From positions 48,086 through 112,085 of the forward strand of contig CAXHJY010001175.1 in NCBI GenBank assembly GCA_964016885.1: a stretch of DNA of 64,000 bases, in the 5' to 3' direction. The notes under the pieces are model-generated. The model was not told where the DNA came from and did not search any database. It saw only the letters and a list, made by a program, of their open reading frames with translations. Source of the DNA: Eledone cirrhosa. Lineage: Eukaryota. The position numbers and the translations under genes were made by a program. Shown in pieces: positions 55,001-64,000 of the stretch (position 1 is the stretch's first letter; the number at the start of each line of letters is the position of its first letter).

Positions 55001-58000
55001 TGTTGACGTTTAACACGGTTTGGTTCCACAGCCACAACTATTGATTTTACGGAGATATCTTGCTGAAATTCACGCCGCACATAGCCAATGAGTGTCTGCA
55101 CATGTACCAGTAATTACAGATCGATCCGACCACGGGCGGCCGGCCCGCGATTGAAAAGGTAACTCCGCCGGCAAATCGTCATTTTTGGATTCGTTTTCTT
55201 CGAAGCACACCATTCGCCGGCGGACTTTGTTGACGTTTAACACGGTTTGGTTCCACAGCCACAACTATTGATTTTACGGAGATATCTTGCTGAAATTCAC
55301 GCCGCACATAGCCAATGAGTGTCTGCACATGTACCAGTAATTACAGATCGATCCGACCACGGGCGGCCGGCCCGCGATTGAAAAGGTAACTCCGCCGGCA
55401 AATCGTCATTTTTGGATTCGTTTTCTTCGAAGCACACCATTCGCCGGCGGACATTGTTGACGTTTAACACGGTTTGGTTCCACAGCCACAACTATTGATT
55501 TTACGGAGATATCTTGCTGAAATTCACGCCACACATAGCCAATGAGTGTCTGCACATGTACCAGTAATTACAGATCGATCCGACCACGGGCGGCCGGCCC
55601 GCGATTGAAAAGGTAACTCCGCCGGCAAATCGTCATTTTTGGATTCGTTTTCTTCGAAGCACACCATTCGCCGGCGGACTTTGTTGACGTTTAACACGGT
55701 TTGGTTCCACAGCCACAACTATTGAATTTACGGAGATATCTTGCTGAAATTCACGCCACACATAGCCAATGAGTGTCTGCACATGTACCAGTAATTACAG
55801 ATCGATCCGACCACGGGCGGCCGGCCCGCGATTGAAAAGGTAACTCCGCCGGCAAATCGTCATTTTTGGATTCGTTTTCTTCGAAGCACACCATTCGCCG
55901 GCGGACTTTGTTGACGTTTAACACGGTTTGGTTCCACAGCCACAACTATTGATTTTACGGAGATATCTTGCTGAAATTCACGCCGCACATAGCCAATGAG
56001 TGTCTGCACATGTACCAGTAATTACAGATCGATCCGACCACGGGCGGCCGGTCCGCGATTGAAAAGGTAACTCCGCCGGCAAATCGTCATTTTTGGATTC
56101 GTTTTCTTCGAAGCACACCATTCGCCGGCGGACTTTGTTGACGTTTAACACGGTTTGGTTCCACAGCCACAACTATTGAATTCACGGAGATATCTTGCTG
56201 AAATTCACGCCACACATAGCCAATGAGTGTCTGCACATGTACCAGTAATTACAGATCGATCCGACCACGGGCGGCCGGCCCGCGATTGAAAAGGTAACTC
56301 CGCCGGCAAATCGTCATTTTTGGATTCGTTTTCTTCGAAGCACACCATTCGCCGGCGGACATTGTTGACGTTTAACACGGTTTGGTTCCACAGCCACAAC
56401 TATTGATTTTACGGAGATATCTTGCTGAAATTCACGCCACACATAGCCAATGAGTGTCTGCACATGTACCAGTAATTACAGATCGATCCGACCACGGGCG
56501 GCCGGCCCGCGATTGAAAAGGTAACTCCGCCGGCAAATCGTCATTTTTGGATTCGTTTTCTTCGAAGCACACCATTCGCCGGCGGACTTTGTTGACGTTT
56601 AACACGGTTTGGTTCCACAGCCACAACTATTGAATTTACGGAGATATCTTGCTGAAATTCACGCCACACATAGCCAATGAGTGTCTGCACATGTACCAGT
56701 AATTACAGATCGATCCGACCACGGGCGGCCGGCCCGCGATTGAAAAGGTAACTCCGCCGGCAAATCGTCATTTTTGGATTCGTTTTCTTCGAAGCACACC
56801 ATTCGCCGGCGGACTTTGTTGACGTTTAACACGGTTTGGTTCCACAGCTACAACTATTGATTTTACGGAGATATCTTGCTGAAATTCACGCCGCACATAG
56901 CCAATGAGTGTCTGCACATGTACCAGTAATTACAGATCGATCCGACCACGGGCGGCCGGTCCGCGATTGAAAAGGTAACTCCGCCGGCAAATCGTCATTT
57001 TTGGATTCGTTTTCTTCGAAGCACACCATTCGCCGGCGGACTTTGTTGACGTTTAACACGGTTTGGTTCCACAGCCACAACTATTGAATTCACGGAGACA
57101 TCTTGCTGAAATTCACGCCACACATAGCCAATGAGTGTCTGCACATGTACCAGTAATTACAGATCGATCCGACCACGGGCGGCCGGCCCGCGATTGAAAA
57201 GGTAACTCCGCCGGCAAATCGTCATTTTTGGATTCGTTTTCTTCGAAGCACACCATTCGCCGGCGGACTTTGTTGACGTTTAACACGGTTTGGTTCCACA
57301 GCCACAACTATTGATTTTACGGAGATATCTTGCTGAAATTCACGCCGCACATAGCCAATGAGTGTCTGCACATGTACCAGTAATTACAGATCGATCTGAC
57401 CACGGGCGGCCGGCCCGCGATTGAAAAGGTAACTCCGCCGGCAAATCGTCATTTTTGGATTCGTTTTCTTCGAAGCACACCATTCGCCGGCGGACTTTGT
57501 TGACGTTTAACACGGTTTGGTTCCACAGCCACAACTATTGATTTTACGGAGATATCTTGCTGAAATTCACGCCGCACATAGCCAATGAGTGTCTGCACAT
57601 GTACCAGTAATTACAGATCTATCCGACCACGGGCGGCCGGCCCGCGATTGAAAAGGTAACTCCGCCGGCAAATCGTCATTTTTGGATTCGTTTTCTTCGA
57701 AGCACACCATTCGCCGGCGGACTTTGTTGACGTTTAACACGGTTTGGTTCCACAGCCACAACTATTGATTTTACGGAGATATCTTGCTGAAATTCACGCC
57801 GCACATAGCCAATGAGTGTCTGCACATGTACCAGTAATTACAGATCGATCCGACCACGGGCGGCCGGCCCGCGATTGAAAAGGTAACTCCGCCGGCAAAT
57901 CGTCATTTTTGGATTCGTTTTCTTCGAAGCACACCATTCGCCGGCGGACTTTGTTGACGTTTAACACGGTTTGGTTCCACAGCCACAACTATTGATTTTA

Positions 58001-61000
58001 CGGAGATATCTTGCTGAAATTCACGCCGCACATAGCCAATGAGTGTCTGCACATGTACCAGTAATTACAGATCGATCCGACCACGGGCGGCCGGCCCGCG
58101 ATTGAAAAGGTAACTCCGCCGGCAAATCGTCATTTTTGGATTCGTTTTCTTCGAAGCACACCATTCGCCGGCGGACATTGTTGACGTTTAACACGGTTTG
58201 GTTCCACAGCCACAACTATTGATTTTACGGAGATATCTTGCTGAAATTCACGCCACACATAGCCAATGAGTGTCTGCACATGTACCAGTAATTACAGATC
58301 GATCCGACCACGGGCGGCCGGCCCGCGATTGAAAAGGTAACTCCGCCGGCAAATCGTCATTTTTGGATTCGTTTTCTTCGAAGCACACCATTCGCCGGCG
58401 GACTTTGTTGACGTTTAACACGGTTTGGTTCCACAGCCACAACTATTGAATTTACGGAGATATCTTGCTGAAATTCACGCCACACATAGCCAATGAGTGT
58501 CTGCACATGTACCAGTAATTACAGATCGATCCGACCACGGGCGGCCGGCCCGCGATTGAAAAGGTAACTCCGCCGGCAAATCGTCATTTTTGGATTCGTT
58601 TTCTTCGAAGCACACCATTCGCCGGCGGACTTTGTTGACGTTTAACACGGTTTGGTTCCACAGCCACAACTATTGATTTTACGGAGATATCTTGCTGAAA
58701 TTCACGCCGCACATAGCCAATGAGTGTCTGCACATGTACCAGTAATTACAGATCGATCCGACCACGGGCGGCCGGTCCGCGATTGAAAAGGTAACTCCGC
58801 CGGCAAATCGTCATTTTTGGATTCGTTTTCTTCGAAGCACACCATTCGCCGGCGGACTTTGTTGACGTTTAACACGGTTTGGTTCCACAGCCACAACTAT
58901 TGAATTCACGGAGATATCTTGCTGAAATTCACGCCACACATAGCCAATGAGTGTCTGCACATGTACCAGTAATTACAGATCGATCCGACCACGGGCGGCC
59001 GGCCCGCGATTGAAAAGGTAACTCCGCCGGCAAATCGTCATTTTTGGATTCGTTTTCTTCGAAGCACACCATTCGCCGGCGGACATTGTTGACGTTTAAC
59101 ACGGTTTGGTTCCACAGCCACAACTATTGATTTTACGGAGATATCTTGCTGAAATTCACGCCACACATAGCCAATGAGTGTCTGCACATGTACCAGTAAT
59201 TACAGATCGATCCGACCACGGGCGGCCGGCCCGCGATTGAAAAGGTAACTCCGCCGGCAAATCGTCATTTTTGGATTCGTTTTCTTCGAAGCACACCATT
59301 CGCCGGCGGACTTTGTTGACGTTTAACACGGTTTGGTTCCACAGCCACAACTATTGATTTTACGGAGATATCTTGCTGAAATTCACGCCGCACATAGCCA
59401 ATGAGTGTCTGCACATGTACCAGTAATTACAGATCGATCCGACCACGGGCGGCCGGTCCGCGATTGAAAAGGTAACTCCGCCGGCAAATCGTCATTTTTG
59501 GATTCGTTTTCTTCGAAGCACACCATTCGCCGGCGGACTTTGTTGACGTTTAACACGGTTTGGTTCCACAGCCACAACTATTGAATTCACGGAGACATCT
59601 TGCTGAAATTAACGCCACACATAGCCAATGAGTGTCTGCACATGTACCAGTAATTACAGATCGATCCGACCACGGGCGGCCGGCCCGCGATTGAAAAGGT
59701 AACTCCGCCGGCAAATCGTCATTTTTGGATTCGTTTTCTTCGAAGCACACCATTCGCCGGCGGACTTTGTTGACGTTTAACACGGTTTGGTTCCACAGCC
59801 ACAACTATTGATTTTACGGAGATATCTTGCTGAAATTCACGCCGCACATAGCCAATGAGTGTCTGCACATGTACCAGTAATTACAGATCGATCTGACCAC
59901 GGGCGGCCGGCCCGCGATTGAAAAGGTAACTCCGCCGGCAAATCGTCATTTTTGGATTCGTTTTCTTCGAAGCACACCATTCGCCGGCGGACTTTGTTGA
60001 CGTTTAACACGGTTTGGTTCCACAGCCACAACTATTGATTTTACGGAGATATCTTGCTGAAATTCACGCCGCACATAGCCAATGAGTGTCTGCACATGTA
60101 CCAGTAATTACAGATCTATCCGACCACGGGCGGCCGGCCCGCGATTGAAAAGGTAACTCCGCCGGCAAATCGTCATTTTTGGATTCGTTTTCTTCGAAGC
60201 ACACCATTCGCCGGCGGACTTTGTTGACGTTTAACACGGTTTGGTTCCACAGCCACAACTATTGAATTTACGGAGATATCTTGCTGAAATTCACGCCACA
60301 CATAGCCAATGAGTGTCTGCACATGTACCAGTAATTACAGATCGATCCGACCACGGGCGGCCGGCCCGCGATTGAAAAGGTAACTCCGCCGGCAAATCGT
60401 CATTTTTGGATTCGTTTTCTTCGAAGCACACCATTCGCCGGCGGACTTTGTTGACGTTTAACACGGTTTGGTTCCACAGCCACAACTATTGATTTTACGG
60501 AGATATCTTGCTGAAATTCACGCCGCACATAGCCAATGAGTGTCTGCACATGTACCAGTAATTACAGATCGATCCGACCACGGGCGGCCGGTCCGCGATT
60601 GAAAAGGTAACTCCGCCGGCAAATCGTCATTTTTGGATTCGTTTTCTTCGAAGCACACCATTCGCCGGCGGACTTTGTTGACGTTTAACACGGTTTGGTT
60701 CCACAGCCACAACTATTGAATTCACGGAGATATCTTGCTGAAATTCACGCCACACATAGCCAATGAGTGTCTGCACATGTACCAGTAATTACAGATCGAT
60801 CCGACCACGGGCGGCCGGCCCGCGATTGAAAAGGTAACTCCGCCGGCAAATCGTCATTTTTGGATTCGTTTTCTTCGAAGCACACCATTCGCCGGCGGAC
60901 ATTGTTGACGTTTAACACGGTTTGGTTCCACAGCCACAACTATTGATTTTACGGAGATATCTTGCTGAAATTCACGCCACACATAGCCAATGAGTGTCTG

Positions 61001-64000
61001 CACATGTACCAGTAATTACAGATCGATCCGACCACGGGCGGCCGGCCCGCGATTGAAAAGGTAACTCCGCCGGCAAATCGTCATTTTTGGATTCGTTTTC
61101 TTCGAAGCACACCATTCGCCGGCGGACTTTGTTGACGTTTAACACGGTTTGGTTCCACAGCCACAACTATTGAATTTACGGAGATATCTTGCTGAAATTC
61201 ACGCCACACATAGCCAATGAGTGTCTGCACATGTACCAGTAATTACAGATCGATCCGACCACGGGCGGCCGGCCCGCGATTGAAAAGGTAACTCCGCCGG
61301 CAAATCGTCATTTTTGGATTCGTTTTCTTCGAAGCACACCATTCGCCGGCGGACTTTGTTGACGTTTAACACGGTTTGGTTCCACAGCCACAACTATTGA
61401 TTTTACGGAGATATCTTGCTGAAATTCACGCCGCACATAGCCAATGAGTGTCTGCACATGTACCAGTAATTACAGATCGATCCGACCACGGGCGGCCGGT
61501 CCGCGATTGAAAAGGTAACTCCGCCGGCAAATCGTCATTTTTGGATTCGTTTTCTTCGAAGCACACCATTCGCCGGCGGACTTTGTTGACGTTTAACACG
61601 GTTTGGTTCCACAGCCACAACTATTGAATTCACGGAGACATCTTGCTGAAATTCACGCCACACATAGCCAATGAGTGTCTGCACATGTACCAGTAATTAC
61701 AGATCGATCCGACCACGGGCGGCCGGCCCGCGATTGAAAAGGTAACTCCGCCGGCAAATCGTCATTTTTGGATTCGTTTTCTTCGAAGCACACCATTCGC
61801 CGGCGGACTTTGTTGACGTTTAACACGGTTTGGTTCCACAGCCACAACTATTGATTTTACGGAGATATCTTGCTGAAATTCACGCCGCACATAGCCAATG
61901 AGTGTCTGCACATGTACCAGTAATTACAGATCGATCTGACCACGGGCGGCCGGCCCGCGATTGAAAAGGTAACTCCGCCGGCAAATCGTCATTTTTGGAT
62001 TCGTTTTCTTCGAAGCACACCATTCGCCGGCGGACTTTGTTGACGTTTAACACGGTTTGGTTCCACAGCCACAACTATTGATTTTACGGAGATATCTTGC
62101 TGAAATTCACGCCGCACATAGCCAATGAGTGTCTGCACATGTACCAGTAATTACAGATCTATCCGACCACGGGCGGCCGGCCCGCGATTGAAAAGGTAAC
62201 TCCGCCGGCAAATCGTCATTTTTGGATTCGTTTTCTTCGAAGCACACCATTCGCCGGCGGACTTTGTTGACGTTTAACACGGTTTGGTTCCACAGCCACA
62301 ACTATTGATTTTACGGAGATATCTTGCTGAAATTCACGCCACACATAGCCAATGAGTGTCTGCACATGTACCAGTAATTACAGATCGATCCGACCACGGG
62401 CGGCCGGCCCGCGATTGAAAAGGTAACTCCGCCGGCAAATCGTCATTTTTGGATTCGTTTTCTTCGAAGCACACCATTCGCCGGCGGACTTTGTTGACGT
62501 TTAACACGGTTTGGTTCCACAGCCACAACTATTGATTTTACGGAGATATCTTGCTGAAATTCACGCCGCACATAGCCAATGAGTGTCTGCACATGTACCA
62601 GTAATTACAGATCGATCCGACCACGGGCGGCCGGTCCGCGATTGAAAAGGTAACTCCGCCGGCAAATCGTCATTTTTGGATTCGTTTTCTTCGAAGCACA
62701 CCATTCGCCGGCGGACTTTGTTGACGTTTAACACGGTTTGGTTCCACAGCCACAACTATTGAATTCACGGAGATATCTTGCTGAAATTCACGCCACACAT
62801 AGCCAATGAGTGTCTGCACATGTACCAGTAATTACAGATCGATCCGACCACGGGCGGCCGGCCCGCGATTGAAAAGGTAACTCCGCCGGCAAATCGTCAT
62901 TTTTGGATTCGTTTTCTTCGAAGCACACCATTCGCCGGCGGACTTTGTTGACGTTTAACACGGTTTGGTTCCACAGCCACAACTATTGATTTTACGGAGA
63001 TATCTTGCTGAAATTCACGCCGCACATAGCCAATGAGTGTCTGCACATGTACCAGTAATTACAGATCGATCCGACCACGGGCGGCCGGCCCGCGATTAAA
63101 AAGGTAACTCCGCCGGCAAATCGTCATTTTTGGATTCGTTTTCTTCGAAGCACACCATTCGCCGGCGGACTTTGTTGACGTTTAACTCGGTTTGGTTCCA
63201 CAGCCACAACTATTGAATTTACGGAGATATCTTGCTGAAATTCACGCCGCACATAGCCAATGAGTGTCTGCACATGTACCAGTAATTACAGATCGATCCG
63301 ACCACGGGCGGCCGGCCCGCGATTGAAAAGGTAACTCCGCCGGCAAATCGTCATTTTTGGATTCGTTTTCTTCGAAGCACACCATTCGCCGGCGGACTTT
63401 GTTGACGTTTAACACGGTTTGGTTCCACAGCCACAACTATTGATTTTACGGAGATATCTTGCTGAAATTCACGCCGCACATAGCCAATGAGTGTCTGCAC
63501 ATGTACCAGTAATTACAGATCGATCCGACCACGGGCGGCCGGCCCGCGATTGAAAAGGTAACTCCGCCGGCAAATCGTCATTTTTGGATTCGTTTTCTTC
63601 GAAGCACACCATTCGCCGGCGGACATTGTTGACGTTTAACACGGTTTGGTTCCACAGCCACAACTATTGATTTTACGGAGATATCTTGCTGAAATTCACG
63701 CCACACATAGCCAATGAGTGTCTGCACATGTACCAGTAATTACAGATCGATCCGACCACGGGCGGCCGGCCCGCGATTGAAAAGGTAACTCCGCCGGCAA
63801 ATCGTCATTTTTGGATTCGTTTTCTTCGAAGCACACCATTCGCCGGCGGACTTTGTTGACGTTTAACACGGTTTGGTTCCACAGCCACAACTATTGAATT
63901 TACGGAGATATCTTGCTGAAATTCACGCCACACATAGCCAATGAGTGTCTGCACATGTACCAGTAATTACAGATCGATCCGACCACGGGCGGCCGGCCCG

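Larger units (their letters stand above)
1..64000. repeat. Tandem satellite array of a 227-bp monomer, about 282 head-to-tail copies, extending beyond both window edges
   Basis: ACTCCGCCGGCAAATCG recurs at 1, 228, 455 and onward. The 64-aa ORF coordinates all fit 136+227n up to n=280 (63696), so the period is exactly 227 throughout. Copies differ by only a few substitutions each. Confidence 0.99.

Noticed and set aside
59550-59804. 84-aa extended ORF
   Set aside because: A single substitution at 59611 removes the TGA stop, giving read-through of a spurious ORF.
136-63890. 64-aa minus-strand ORF (MWLWNQ...HWLCAA/VA) repeated in nearly every unit
   Set aside because: It starts at TTG rather than ATG, has no recognisable domain, and leaves only 32 bp between copies. 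Nonsense alleles have spread (219A in nine units, 99T in one), there is a stop-loss copy, and many variants are non-synonymous. A chance ORF multiplied by the repeat is the best explanation.
1-64000. CRISPR array or integron cassette array
   Set aside because: There are no variable spacers or cassettes; the whole unit is repeated. GTTTAAC (74-80) fits RYYYAAC, but no partner GTTRRRY follows on the same strand.
1-64000. Rolling-circle/amplification artefact or synthetic concatemer (many restriction-type palindromes)
   Set aside because: Variants are shared, nested and arranged in duplicated multi-unit strings with regional domains. This indicates evolutionary history rather than copying of one circle. 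I recognise no vector or adapter sequence.

Overview
The whole 64 kb window is one uninterrupted head-to-tail tandem array of a 227-bp monomer (about 282 copies, single orientation, about 49% GC by hand count of the first unit). I saw no unique sequence, indels or insertions. Copies differ only by substitutions at about 24 monomer positions, read by eye. These variants form nested haplotypes, a recurring 4-monomer higher-order motif, several exact multi-monomer duplications and regional allele domains. This is the architecture of a young, actively homogenised eukaryotic satellite array, possibly centromeric or pericentromeric; I do not recognise the family or the organism. The repeated 64-aa minus-strand ORF is almost certainly not a gene. 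The monomer itself has unusual features: a GC-rich 15-bp imperfect inverted repeat, six perfect 8-bp palindromes, a strong CCAAT box plus a GC box, and a 5' splice-donor-like site followed by an Sm-site-like motif in its least variable half. Together these raise a speculative possibility that the unit is, or derives from, a small structured RNA gene (SL/snRNA-like). Nothing in the sequence proves a novel system. Monomer position p of unit n (0-based) is window coordinate p+227n.
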